Assembly: GCA_000091205.1 (NCBI GenBank)
Contig: AP006500.2
Length of the DNA: 64,000 nucleotides
Reading direction: 5' to 3' (one strand)
Origin: Cyanidioschyzon merolae
Taxonomy: Eukaryota
The notes under the pieces are model-generated. The model ran no database searches, was not told where the DNA came from, and saw nothing but the letters and a program-made list of their open reading frames with translations. Positions 32,267 through 44,500 of the stretch are shown here, piece by piece. A program made the translations under genes and the position numbers. Within the stretch, counting starts at the first letter, position 1. Each line of letters begins with the position of its first letter.

Positions 32267-34138
32267 TCAATTCCAGCCGCGAAGCCACCGGCGTTTCTGC
32301 TGTTCCTCGATGGTCAGGTAGAGGCCGTAGATCCATGGTGAGAAGTAGATAAACGCCGCAGCGGCAAGCAACACACCAATCGTTACAAGTTGATAGTGCC
32401 CCGTTCTCGCAAGGGGTGCGCGATCCACAAGCAAAGCAGTAAGCAGTATACCGTACAGGAGACCTGGCAAATAATGGTACAGGAATGCAGCTCTTTTGAC
32501 ACCGATGTAGGGAAGAAGATTCAGGAGCCATCCGGTAAACAAATATGTGCCTAGAGCGTACAGCTTCTGCTGTGAGCGGCGTTGCTTCTTCGGGAGCTCC
32601 GCAGTCTGCAGTCGCCGCGGCGCTCGATCCCCGAAGCCACCGAGTCCAGCGATGAAATTTTGGGCGAGAAGAAATCCGAAAAAGAGCAACGAGCAGAGGA
32701 CACTCCAGGCAATTACAGGATTCAGAATTAGGTAAACCCGAGCCTCGATAACGGGGTATTGGCTCCGAGGGGTAACCCCAGTCCCGTGCTGATTTGCTTC
32801 GGCAGGTGCGCTTCGAGTCGTCTTCGGATTCTCCGCCCATGGCGCTCGTTTGGTCTGAATCCAGTACAGAATTCCTCGTAGGTTCAGTGGCCAGGACCAC
32901 CACTTGCTTTCCCAGTGGTGCCGTCCAGGCACTTGTGCGTTCGCGCGCAACATCTCCTTATTCAGATAAACGAATTTGCGAAAGAATGGAACCGGCGCGG
33001 CTGCAGCATTGTACTCGGGTGAGCCGATGAGTTTCGCTCGAAAATCAGGTAGCATGAAGGCATCCCCGGAGCCACTCCGCGGAAGCAATCGGAAGTGTAT
33101 CCAAAAAAATGATGTGTATAACGCTAGCGCAAGCAGTCCGACGAAAACACATTGCCACAGGGGAATCCGTTTCTGCGACCGCAGCAGGGCTCGGCTCCCA
33201 AAGACGGACACCACACCGGCTAGCGCAGGCGTCGCTAGCGCCGTCCACTTGATGGACAAGGCCAGGCCAGCGGAGATGCCACTCCAGTAGAGCCATCTCC
33301 ATCGGGCTCGAGTGCCATCGCGAGTCCGCCACAGGCGAAGCACACAGTAGAAATGTAAAAGCAAGAAGAATAGTAACTGTGAGTCTGTTAATATGTGACG
33401 CGACTCGATTGTCGTTGCAACTTCCAAGAGTACCCAGGCAGCGGCAAGCACACTAGCCGCTACGTGCAACGAGAGCTCCCGAGCAACCAGGTACATCAGC
33501 GGTACCAAAAGCGTGCCGAAGACTGCCGCTACAGTGCGCGCACCCACGTATGACTTATCGGGATATTCTGCTCCAATTTGATCGTAGCTGAAACTCGCAT
33601 TGTATCCATGAAGATACGCACCTAGGGCGAGTAGGAGCTTCCCGAGTGGCGGGTGGATATCGAAGAAGTACTCGCCCGTGAAGTATGCTTCCACAAACTT
33701 GCCAAAGTGAAACTCATCGAATACAACTGCCTTTGGCTCCGACAATCGCCAAAAGCGTGTCAACGCTGCAAAGATGGTTAGCAACACCAGTACGACCCCA
33801 TCGAGAAGAGCGGCGTACGGCTCGGCGTTCGAGCGCAGTGAGCTGTCGCCTTCCACTAGGGAGGCGCCTCTGCTTCCTGACGCCGTCTCTGTCGTTCGAT
33901 TCAAAGGCGGTCTCATGGCTATGTGTTTTCCTCGAGCTTTCGAGAGGTCCGGAGTTCCCTGTGCTCCGGAGCGACTGTTTTTCGGGAGTTGCTGGGCGCT
34001 CTCGTGGCGGTGCATCTGCAGTACTTGCCCAGAGGTCAGCACACGCCGAGTCTGTGAACACGCTGTGGATCGTGCAGCACGCGTGAAAGAGTGATCAAAT
34101 CCGGCCCAAAGCAGCAGTGGTGAGCGCTGCGAAGCCAC
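32267..34138 (-). CDS. PMT-family (dolichyl-phosphate-mannose protein O-mannosyltransferase-like) multi-pass membrane protein, apparently without MIR domains.
   Basis: VVFDEFHFGKFVEAYFTGEYFFDIHPPLGKLLLALG is the PMT N-terminal loop-1 signature, including the DE motif. The C-terminal HHWESKWWSWPLNLRGILYW resembles the PMT 4TMC region. There are many TM helices. Confidence 0.6.
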   Translation of the reverse strand: MASQRSPLLLWAGFDHSFTRAARSTACSQTRRVLTSGQVLQMHRHESAQQLPKNSRSGAQGTPDLSKARGKHIAMRPPLNRTTETASGSRGASLVEGDSSLRSNAEPYAALLDGVVLVLLTIFAALTRFWRLSEPKAVVFDEFHFGKFVEAYFTGEYFFDIHPPLGKLLLALGAYLHGYNASFSYDQIGAEYPDKSYVGARTVAAVFGTLLVPLMYLVARELSLHVAASVLAAAWVLLEVATTIESRHILTDSQLLFFLLLHFYCVLRLWRTRDGTRARWRWLYWSGISAGLALSIKWTALATPALAGVVSVFGSRALLRSQKRIPLWQCVFVGLLALALYTSFFWIHFRLLPRSGSGDAFMLPDFRAKLIGSPEYNAAAAPVPFFRKFVYLNKEMLRANAQVPGRHHWESKWWSWPLNLRGILYWIQTKRAPWAENPKTTRSAPAEANQHGTGVTPRSQYPVIEARVYLILNPVIAWSVLCSLLFFGFLLAQNFIAGLGGFGDRAPRRLQTAELPKKQRRSQQKLYALGTYLFTGWLLNLLPYIGVKRAAFLYHYLPGLLYGILLTALLVDRAPLARTGHYQLVTIGVLLAAAAFIYFSPWIYGLYLTIEEQQKRRWLRGWN

Positions 34139-34279
34139 GCGACACCCACAAGGGAGCGGCGCTATAGAAAGTTGCGTTTACGGACGTTCGCGCCTTTACA
34201 AATTCGCGGGCAGTACGCAGGCACGAGTCGTGGCGGGAGCGTTTTGCGGCCTGCCTCGAAGGGCGTTTCCCTAACGACT

Positions 34280-34792
34280 GCATGCTTGCCGTCGACGACG
34301 CTACCGTGGATGCCATAGCGGGCAACGCTGAGCTCTTCATGCATCCACAGTGTACTGGACGACATAGACACACACACACACACACAGAGAGAGAGAAGCA
34401 CACAGACGCACCGCCAAGGCGCTACGGCCTCATGCATATTCGCGGCTTCCATAGAGGCACGAATGTTCGTGCATCGGGGGCTTCACGTACCGTGAACGCC
34501 CCACAGGCGACAGATGCAAACAGAGGCACACAGTGCAGCGTTCCTGCAGACAGGATCGCTCGAGCCAGCTTAGGTGCTGTAAACGTCCGCCTCTACGAGG
34601 CGACGCACACGACATCCCATGTCGTTGTGGGCGTATGCTGACGCAGGGGTGCAGTTTAGCGCGTCCGGCATGGGCGGCTTTTCGAAATGATTCTTCAGCG
34701 CACGAACACCAACACATACGCGTGTAAACGTGATGGAGTCCGTCTGACTGGCTTTCACGGGCGTCGACCGCAGCGATATGGGCATACCTGCT
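34280..34792. repeat. Inverted-repeat right arm, about 513 bp with an internal (CA)n(GA)n. It lies about 140 bp upstream of the PMT-like start.
   Basis: Reverse complement of 28790-29295. Confidence 0.9.
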
Positions 34793-35051
34793 AGCAGATT
34801 TTCCCCTGCATCGTTCGATGATGAATGTACCACATGTTCACAATTCTCGGTGTGGCCAGCGTACGCCCTAACTGGATCATGGAACTTTTCCTGTTCGACT
34901 GGTGCTCCGCAATTACCTGCATATTTCTCTATGGACATCAATCCGGCTGTGTTGTAGGCACCTTACATGGCGAAGCGCCTTTCTCGCCCCAGTCGCCGCC
35001 CAAGATGGGAAAAGCGATGTCGGTAGTCGCCGACAGCGATACGAACTTTCA

Positions 35052-35052
<1 letters not shown>

Positions 35053-35083
<31 letters not shown>
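35053..35083. repeat. (GCT)10 microsatellite
   Basis: read directly. Confidence 0.9.
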
Positions 35084-35233
35084 ACACCCGCGCACTGGGA
35101 ACGCGAGTCACAGCGTACCCGACAACGCAGTCACTCTGTTCGTATCCGGGGCCATTCAAACTAACGCTTCGTAGGTTTTTGCGGAGTTGGCGAAACACTG
35201 CAAAGACTTTCTCCAACTGCAGTACCCGCGTGA

Positions 35234-36043
35234 ATGACGAACGCGTTCTCGGAGGAGTTGGCACTGGAAGCTGCTGGCCTAGACGCAATCTTCGGAAAAG
35301 ACTTCAAGGCTGAGGAGACCACGACAGGACACGTTCGTTGGAGTGTACCCCTCTCACACAACGGCGTGGAACTGGAGCTGGCGTTTCTTTTAGACAGTGC
35401 ATATCCACTTGACAGCGAACCTCAAGTGCGCGTGACTTGTAAGGAAGGCCTTTCACTGCGTGCAGTACGGGAGCTCGAAGGGCACCTTCAAAAGGTAGCC
35501 GCGGAGAATCGTGGTTCTCCCAGCGCTTATCTGCTGTACACAGCTGCGCAAGACTGGATCGATACGCACGATCGACGAGAGGCTGCCGAAGCTATCAGCG
35601 CTACGATTGCGTCCACGAGGCTTTCTGCTCGCGAGCCGGACTCGGCGGGCACCGGAACTACTTTCGAGACCAAAGCCGAGAGCTTTACCCAACTCGTCGA
35701 GCACGAGACGCTCGAACATGCCACCATAGACCGAACGCTGGGCACGCCGGTCACACCGGAGACTTTTGCCGCTTGGAAACAGGAATTCGACAAGTATCTA
35801 CTGGAAAACGGTATCCTCGATATCGCAAATAACGCAGATATCGAATTAGACGCCTCCCAAGGCGGCTGGAAAGGCAATTCGCGGCGGAAACCTACTGGTC
35901 GTGAGCTCTTCACCATGCACAGGGAAATGTTCGTCGATGATTTCGAGGAAAGTGATCAATGCGAAAGCACGGCGTCTGGAGCATGCGACACTCAAGGCAG
36001 TGAACTAGCAGAGCATGTGGACGCCTCACTGTTTCTCTCGTGA
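35234..36043 (+). CDS. RWD-domain protein (RWDD1/Gir2-like, DRG-family regulatory protein type)
   Basis: N-terminal EELALEAAGLDAIFGKDF...ELELAFLLDSAYPLDSEPQVRV fits the RWD fold. C-terminal PVTPETFAAWKQEFDKYLLE and an acidic tail resemble the DFRP region. Confidence 0.55.
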   Translation: MTNAFSEELALEAAGLDAIFGKDFKAEETTTGHVRWSVPLSHNGVELELAFLLDSAYPLDSEPQVRVTCKEGLSLRAVRELEGHLQKVAAENRGSPSAYLLYTAAQDWIDTHDRREAAEAISATIASTRLSAREPDSAGTGTTFETKAESFTQLVEHETLEHATIDRTLGTPVTPETFAAWKQEFDKYLLENGILDIANNADIELDASQGGWKGNSRRKPTGRELFTMHREMFVDDFEESDQCESTASGACDTQGSELAEHVDASLFLS

Positions 36044-38473
36044 TCTGTTCCAGTCTCTGGAGAGCGTGAACACGGCACCAGAAGCCACAGATACATCGCA
36101 ATCCCAAGCTGTGTCTGTCTGTGTACGCAGAACATGACCCTTGGGTTCCCGACTCCGCGGGCGCACACGATGCCAGCCAGCAACCTCAAGTGCGGCTCGC
36201 AGCGTGACCGAGATCAGCACGCTCAGGATGACGTATGGTAAACTCATCTGGCGTGAAGATTACTGCCTACTGGGCCCCGAATCATTTGGAACAGGCAACT
36301 GATCTTGTGTTTCTAGTCGTGAAGGCGAGACGCTTCGTCGAATGCTCACGAGCGCTGATGTGGCGGCTCATTGGACGTGTGACGCAGTCTACGCAGCGGC
36401 TTGTCTTTATGGTCCATGAAAACATGCCGTTGTGGTCATGCGAATGGATGCAAAGCAATGCATGACGGCCGCACGGGTTCCGACACAAGTCCCGCATCGA
36501 AGAAAACCGGTTCTCAAGCGATGATCGCGGGCGCGGCACTATGAACCATGTCTGCGAATAGCGCGTTAGGGGGCTCCCCATGTATGGAATGGTGTGAGCG
36601 TGGCCTTCATGCGCCATGCAGAGCATGACGTCGTGAGAGGCGCAGCGGAAACAAGGTAAGCACGCGCGTTTGAAGACCCAAGGTCTCCTGCATTTGTAGA
36701 AATGGCTTGTAAATAAGGCGCTTTCTCGAAAGGTGATGTGCGAATGATTGTCCTGTGGAGTGTGATGGACCGGTGCGCTTGCGCTCTTTCAGGGCGCAAC
36801 CTGCCACCGTGGTGCTCGGCGATATCGGATGCGGTGCCCGGATATCTGTCCTGCTGTTTAGGGCGTCGTCGGAGCCGAGAGCACGGTAACGAGAAGTCAC
36901 GCCCACATGGAGTCTCGATCCAGGGGTATGCGTTTGCGTATAGTGACATTCGTGGCAAACTGAAACGGAGCGGATCGCACCCAGCGATTTTGGGCGTAAA
37001 CGCTTCACCCTGGGTCTTTTGCTACGTATATCAATACAGCCCTTTGCGAGATTTTTCTCTAACTGCATGGTTTCCTTCTCTCCTATCTCCGGTTGGAAGC
37101 TCGGCAGTCTATCGTTTCCCCTTGAGCGCTGTTTTCAATAGTCGAAATATGAAGCGTTCGGGCGCAGGTTTCACCGCTTCTGGCCGTCGTCGACGCCTTT
37201 GATGCGAAGATGGAAGTTGGGATCTACGCGCTGCTTACAATGTTCGTCTTCTTTGTATCCAGCTTGGTTGCGCAATTTCCAGCGGTGAAGCTTGAATATG
37301 GTTAGGTGTCACCGAATACCCATTACACCTCCGCTTCCGTGCGATGTTCTTTGGTGCATGGACGCATGTTTCAGTGCTCGTTGCATGTCTCCGACGCATG
37401 CAGAAAGCTGCTTTCGATGTCGTCCTCCGTTTCCGTGCTCGATGCCATAACCTACAATTACGGGCTTCTTCTGGGCGATCCCCTCGGCAAGTACGCTGCA
37501 CACTGCATGCGCAAGTGGAAGCAGTTCTATTCGAATGAGGGTTTCTCGTATGTGATGTAACCCATGGTGATAAAATTACCGGACGAAACATTCGCGCTAA
37601 GGAATAACTCGAGAAATTTCGATCCTTCTACACTTCATTCGCGCAAAGCGGTGACGGACGCTCCAATGGAAGCGATGGCTGCAATGACACATATCCGACT
37701 CCAGCGCCCTTTCCCGAGCGAGCAGAACAGACAGAGGTTTCCGGGCGCATATCGCATGAGAGATATCAAGCCATTGCCGAATGCCGTCTTGTCGAAGGCC
37801 ATGAACAGACGGCGATTCGCCTTTCCTAAGGACTCGATTACTTTTGGTGAGCAGTTCTGCGAACCGGCGGTATGAGCGTGTGAACAAGTCGTCAACGCAG
37901 GTCTTCGAAGTTTTCCTCTTCAATCTGAGTATGCGAATTCCTTTGGCCGCGAGTTGCCTTGAAACAGCGAGATCAAAAACCTGAAGCATGCGCGACTTGA
38001 GCATGCTGCATTTGAAGGAAGGATGACGCGGAATTCTGAACATAAGCATTCGATACTGATATCGCTTCGTTCATGAAATCTAGACAGAGAGCGTCGCGCA
38101 TATGATCTTGATCCCAGTCATGTGACGGATTCCAAGAGCAACGCGTGGAAGAGACTATTCCGAAAAGGCGACCGAGAAATTTGAACCTACGTACGAACTG
38201 AACAGCCTTATCGCTACGCGTCGGTAGCCGGTGCTCTAAATCAAAACGCGGTCGGGAAACTAGTCGAAACGTAGGCACCGGGCGACCGGTTCACTGTTCC
38301 GTTTTTATCTGACACGGGAATAGGAGAGGAAAGCGGCAAAATCGAGTCTTTCCTAGATATACGCAGCTCAATCGTACGCAGTTGGCTCTGTTGGCAACGC
38401 ACTAGCGTCCAAAGCGATTGCAGTCGACTGCATCGCCTCGATAAGGCGAAATACGCACTACCAAATGTCATCT

Positions 38474-39070
38474 TTAGACAACAGGCAGTCTTTTAGTTTT
38501 TATGATCTCAATATGGATGGCGCTCTGAAGGCGCGTCTGCTGAATCCATGGCAAGTTCTGACGCCGGGGCTCGTACTCGTCCAGGAGAGGGACCGAGCTC
38601 GTCTGGACGCTATAAGTGAGCCAAGTGCCGTAGCGTTCTACGAGCACCAAGCAAGCCCGAATAGCTCGTTCCATCGCCCTTCCCGTCGCGTGGAGCGTGA
38701 AGGTATTATACTGTTTATCAAAAAGTACCCGTCTTGCTCGTTCGAGCACGCCCACGAAGCGACAAGAGCCACTGAGAAAAATTTCGTTCTGCTGGCTTCT
38801 CCGACGCCCAACCGGAGGCGAGCGGAAGCGGTACAGCTCAGGGTCTCGTAGTTGACTCTTGGATACGTCGCAGCGGACGTCGTTGGGATCCTTGTGCTCA
38901 GCGCGAGAGCGTGCGTTGCTGAACGCGAGCACCAGTGGCCGTACCTCGTCGGTGCAGCTCACGCTGGACTGTCGCAGGTGTTTCGCTGATTTTCCGCTGC
39001 CCTCAGCGCCCTGCGACTTGCGTTTTTTGCCCGGGGACATACCGCATGGAGCTGCAGTCGAAGAACGCAC
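38474..39070 (-). CDS. Possible Alba-fold RNase P/MRP subunit (Rpp20/Rpp25, POP7-like). Tentative.
   Basis: NEIFLSGSCRFVGVLERARRVLFDKQYNTFTLHATGRAMERAIRACLVLVERY...SAIHIEI resembles the Alba-like core of Pop6/Pop7. Confidence 0.3.
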   Translation of the reverse strand: MRSSTAAPCGMSPGKKRKSQGAEGSGKSAKHLRQSSVSCTDEVRPLVLAFSNARSRAEHKDPNDVRCDVSKSQLRDPELYRFRSPPVGRRRSQQNEIFLSGSCRFVGVLERARRVLFDKQYNTFTLHATGRAMERAIRACLVLVERYGTWLTYSVQTSSVPLLDEYEPRRQNLPWIQQTRLQSAIHIEIIKTKRLPVV

Positions 39071-40475
39071 GCGATCCCCTGCTTGGCCTTACGATGGTTG
39101 GTCGAAAGCACACGCGAGCGCTCTGCGTTGCACGTCGGCTCTCGACTCGCACCTGATATCGATACGGCGTACTTGCTCATTGCGGAACTGCGTCTGTAGA
39201 GCCGAGGTACGGACAGTGTCTCTTGTTCAGTGATGTATGATATGTACTATATGGTTTGATTCTGTACAATTAGATTATATATTGAGACAGCACCTGTGTC
39301 GGCGGCGCAGTATGTCCAAGAAGCTCAATGTTTCTTCGATCCACCTGGCACCAGTGCATGTTCTGATGCGGGCAGCTAGTCGGGGGCGGCAAATTATCAC
39401 GAGCGTTTGCCTCCAGATAGAGGCCAGCTCGCCTTCGAATCCGCTTTGGTGCAAACAACTAATTCGGGATATGGTGAAAGCGTAACCATCTGGAATATAC
39501 AAGTACTTGAATGGCAACGCTTGGATCTTGCACCTCCTGTGTAATTCCTGGAACGAAGCGAACGCACTATAGCTCTTGCGACTGGAATGAAGACGGCGTT
39601 TGCTTTTCCGCAAGCAGCATATTGGAAACGGAAACACTCCCGATTCCAAGTTTCCCTCAATGGCAAGAGATATGTTCACTATCTCTCCTCGGGAGCTGTA
39701 GGCACGCATGAATGAACCGAGCGCACTGTTGGAATGCGACAAGCGGGAACGGCACATGTTTTTTGTAAATTCCAAAACAGATCTTATCTCACGAGGACGA
39801 ATTTCAGGAAATATCCTCATACATCTGAATTTGTGCACGCAACCTGACGCGGATATACTGTTTGCGCACATAGATACCCTCCTTGTCTGGATCAATGCCG
39901 GCATACTTGAACGAAAGTACTGCGTGCACGCAAGGACATTCTCCGTGCCACATACGGTCAGTGACACAAAAACTGTCCGACGACCATGAAGAGTAAATAT
40001 GTCGACTTACGCACAGACGCCTCCCAGCCTTGTCTGGCCGGCCCCTGGCATCGGTTTCAGTTCCTCTCTGCACACTTCGAGCCCGAGGGCATGCTGTACA
40101 AAGTTTGCATCGCTCAGCCTTTAGAGTGCCCTTTGCAGCACAGCACATTTCCTGATACGGGTACCGGCGTTGAAGTCTCTGTTCAGACACCCCTTGCGTT
40201 TGTTACCACTCGTCAGAATCCCCAATGCAGGGATTCCTCGAACTTGTGCCCGCAGTTCCATGACAGCATCGTGGTCGTCTCATCGGACAAGCACGCTTTC
40301 TTCTTCCTTTTCGTCACTTGCGCTTCTTCACTCGATAGTCTGCGAGCAGCGTATTTGTCTCGTTTCTGCCCAACAAGGCAATGAGTGCCAGCCAGAATCC
40401 CCGACTCGCCTGTCCATACCTTTCCCTTAGATATTTTACTCCTTCCAACGAACGTACTTTGCGCATATATGGTAT

Positions 40476-41327
40476 CCAACGCGAAAGAAGCATAGGATAA
40501 CACATATCCATAGCCGGTACACAATTGAAGTGATATGCTGGAAAACGCGAAAAAGCATAGGATAACACATATCCATAGCCGGTACACAATTGAAGTGATA
40601 TGCTGGAAAACGCGAAAAAGCATAGGATAATACATATCCATAGCCGGAACACAATTGAAGTGATACACTGGAAAACGCGAAAAAGCATAGGATAACACAG
40701 ACTCGTAGCCGGAACACAATTGAAGTGATACACTGGAAAACGCGAAAAAGCATAGGATAACGCATATCCATAGCCGGAACACAATTGAAGTGATATGCTG
40801 GAAAACGCGAAAAAGCAGATGATAACACACACTCATAGCCGGTACACAATTGAAGTGATATGCTGGAAAACGCGAAAAGCATAGGATAACACACACTCAT
40901 AGCCGGTACACAATTGAAGTGATATGCTGGAAAACGCGAAAAAGCATAGGATAACACACACTCATAGCCGGTACACAATTGAAGTGATATGCTGGAAAAC
41001 GCGAAAAAGCAGATGATAACACACACTCATAGCCGGTACACAATTGAAGTGATATGCTGGAAAACGCGAAAAAGCATAGGATAACACACACTCATAGCCG
41101 GTACACAATTGAAGTGATATGCTGGAAAACGCGAAAAAGCATAGGATAATACATATCCATAGCCGGAACACAATTGAAGTGATACACTGGAAAACGCGAA
41201 AAAGCATAGGATAACACACACTCATAGCCGGTACACAATTGAAGTGATACACTGGAAAACGCGAAAAAGCATAGGATAATACATATCCATAGCCGGAACA
41301 CAATTGAAGTGATACACTGGAAAACGC
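40476..41327. repeat. 65-bp minisatellite of about 13 units, ending about 190 bp upstream of the RPB1 start codon.
   Basis: The unit ggaaaacgcgaaaaagcataggataacacatatccatagccggtacacaattgaagtgatatgct repeats. Minus-strand ORFs start every 65 or 130 bp (41026, 41091, 41221). Confidence 0.9.
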
Positions 41328-41519
41328 GCGCCACCGCCGTCGACGCCGGCGCGCTTCCGCTGGAGCACTGCGCGTCCGCCGGCTCCTGCACCCGGTGCCG
41401 TGCCCGGGTGTGGACTTGTCGTTTGGGGAGTTGTTGCACGGCGGGTGGGTCGCCACTCCAGCTACGGTTGCGTTTGAACTGTGCTACTTTCTATCTTCAG
41501 ACTGGGCACGTTCATCGCG

Positions 41520-44500
41520 ATGGACTATGACCTGCAGACTTTCTCCTCAGCAGAGCTGAAGGCCGTAGGTGCTGTTCAGTTCGGGCTCCTGTCCCCGGAC
41601 GAACTGCGGCGCCTCTCGGTGGTGCGGGTTGAGTACGACGTAGCGTTCGAGCGTGGCGTGCCCAAGGCCGGGGGGGTGCTGGATCCTCGGCTGGGGGCAA
41701 TCGACCGGAACTTTCCATGTGCAACTTGCGAGGGGTCGTCGATCGACTGTCCGGGGCACTTTGGTCACATCGAGCTGGTCAAACCGGTGTTCAACGTGTT
41801 GATGCTGTCCACCGTGCTGAAAACGCTTCGTTGCGTGTGTTACTATTGTTCCCGTTTGCTTGTTGATGGTTCAGACTCGCGCATGCTGCGGGCAGCGAGG
41901 ATTAAGGATCCCGTCAAGCGTTTTCAGGCGGTTTTTCAACTCTGTAACGGAACAAGGGTTTGTGGCGGAGGCGCCGACAGCTCGGAGGAACAGCTGATGC
42001 TGCCTGCCGCCGTTCTCGAGGCTAGGGAGCGTATTGGCAAGCCTCGGGAAGGGTGCGGGAACCTTCAACCACATGTAACACGTGACGGCCTGCGAATTCT
42101 CGCGGAGTTTCCTGACGCGGAGGCCTTTGCAGCCGAGCGCAAGCAGGAGCTTGCCGCAGAGCGCGTCCAACAGATATTCCGACACATTCGTGACGAAGAC
42201 CTAGAGCTCCTCGGCTTTCATCCGCGGTTTTCCCGACCAGAATGGATGGTTCTGAGCGTGCTACCGGTGCCGCCACCACACGTGCGACCCTCGATCCAGA
42301 TGGATGCAGTGTCACGAGGGGAGGACGATCTGACGTTCAAACTGGGCGACATCATCAAGGCGAACAATGCCCTGCAGCGACTGGAGGCGGAAGGAGCGCC
42401 CGCCCATGTTATTCGGGAGCAGTACGTGCTTCTGCAATTCCACGTTGCCACATTTATGAACAACGATTTGCCGGGCATGCCTCGAGCGACACTGAGAAGT
42501 GGACGTCCGCTCAAGTCCATCGCCCAACGACTCAAAGGCAAAGAGGGTCGTGTCCGCAACAATCTCATGGGCAAAAGGGTGAACTTTTCGGCACGAACGG
42601 TGATCACTGCAGATCCGCAGCTGGCGCTTGATGAAGTCGGTGTCCCGCGCTCCGTGGCTATGACCCTCACCTACCCCGAAGTAGTAACGCCGTATAATAT
42701 CGACCGCTTATGGGAAGCGGTGCGAAACGGACCCAACGCCTATCCGGGTGCATTGTTTGTGATTCGAAACGATGGCAAGCGGATTGCGTTGCAGTTTGTG
42801 CGCCGATCGGCGGATATCGTGCTCGAACCGGGCTGCGTCGTGGAACGACACCTTCTGAACGGAGACCTAGTGCTCTTCAATCGTCAACCGTCTTTGCATC
42901 GCATGTCGATCATGGGACACCGGGTGCGCATCCTACCGTACTCAACGTTCCGCATGAACCTCAGCGCAACCAGTCCCTACAATGCGGATTTTGACGGTGA
43001 CGAAATGAACCTTCATGTCCCGCAGTCGGAGGAGGTTCGAGCGGAAATCAAGGAACTCATGGCAGTCCCCAAGAATATTGTATCTCCGCAGGCAAATCGC
43101 CCAGTGATGGGCATCGTGCAGGATTCACTGCTGGGCTGCATGCTCTTTACATTGCGAGATACGTTTTTGGAGGAAGACACGGTCTTTAATCTTCTGTTGC
43201 ACTTGCCGCACTTTGACGGACGCATTCCGGCACCAGCAATTCTGAAGCCGCGGCCACTCTGGACGGGAAAGCAGATCTTTTCGCTGCTTTTACCAGACGG
43301 CGTGAATCTAGAGCGCCTCTCCAACGGACATCCCGATCATGAGCGTACAATCATGACGCCCAGTGATACTCGCGTGCTCATCCAGAACGGAGAGCTCATC
43401 ACCGGCATCGTAGACAAACGCACGGTAGGATCCAGCGCGGGGTCGCTGATTCACGTCACCTGGAAGGAGTCAGGTCCAGAGAGAACGAGTCAACTGATCT
43501 CCGATATTCAACTCTTAATCAATTATTGGCTTATGCAGAACGGTATGAGCATTGGCATTGGAGACTGTATTGCTGATGCACACACCATGGCCGCTATTAA
43601 CCGAACGATTCAAGAAGCGAAGGACGAGGTGCGGCAGCTTATCCGTCTGGCACAAGAGGGTCGCCTCGAGCGTCAGCCCGGCAAAACGATGCTGGAGTCG
43701 TTCGAGGCCTGCGTGAATCGCGTACTGAACAGTGCCCGCGACAAGGCCGGTGGCTTTGCACAGGAGAGTCTCCTTCCAAGCAACAACATCAAGCGGATGG
43801 TGTCCGCCGGCAGCAAAGGCTCCTTCATTAATGTTTCCCAGATTGTGGCATGTGTTGGCCAGCAGAACGTCGAGGGCAAGCGCATCCCGTACGGCTTTCG
43901 TCGCCGAACACTTCCCCATTTCGTGGTGGACGATTTGTCACCCGAGGCCCGAGGATTCGTGGAGAACTCGTACCTCCGGGGACTGACTCCCGAGGAGGTC
44001 TTCTTTCATGCCATGGGCGGTCGAGAGGGTCTCATCGACACCGCAGTGAAGACTGCTGAAACCGGCTACATCCAGAGACGCCTCATGAAGGCCATGGAAG
44101 ACATTCGGATTGAATATGACGGTACTGTACGCAACTCGCTGGGCGATGTGATGCAGTTCCTCTACGGAGATGATGCCGCAGACGGGGCCATGCTGGAGGT
44201 GCAGGAGCTGCGCCTTGTGCGCGCAAGTAACCAGGAAATGGAAGCGCTCTTTCGTTTAGACGTATACGACCGAGATTTCGGCCTCGGCTACATAGAACCT
44301 GACCTAATCGACGCGGTGCGAACGGATCCTGAAGTGGCGCTCGAGCTCGAAGAAGAGTACCAACAGCTCTTGGCGGATCGCGAGCAACTCTGCGCGGTCT
44401 TTCCCACGGGTGAGGCCAAGTGGCCGCTTATGGTGAATGTTCAGCGGTTGATCCAGAACTGTCGCTCTATTTTCGGTATTCAACACGATACACTGAGCGA

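Noticed and set aside
40213-41456. Stack of overlapping minus-strand ORFs rich in C, F and Y
   Set aside because: Translation of the 65-bp minisatellite, which is not a multiple of 3. The ORFs are offset by 65 or 130 bp with identical peptides, which is not credible as coding sequence.
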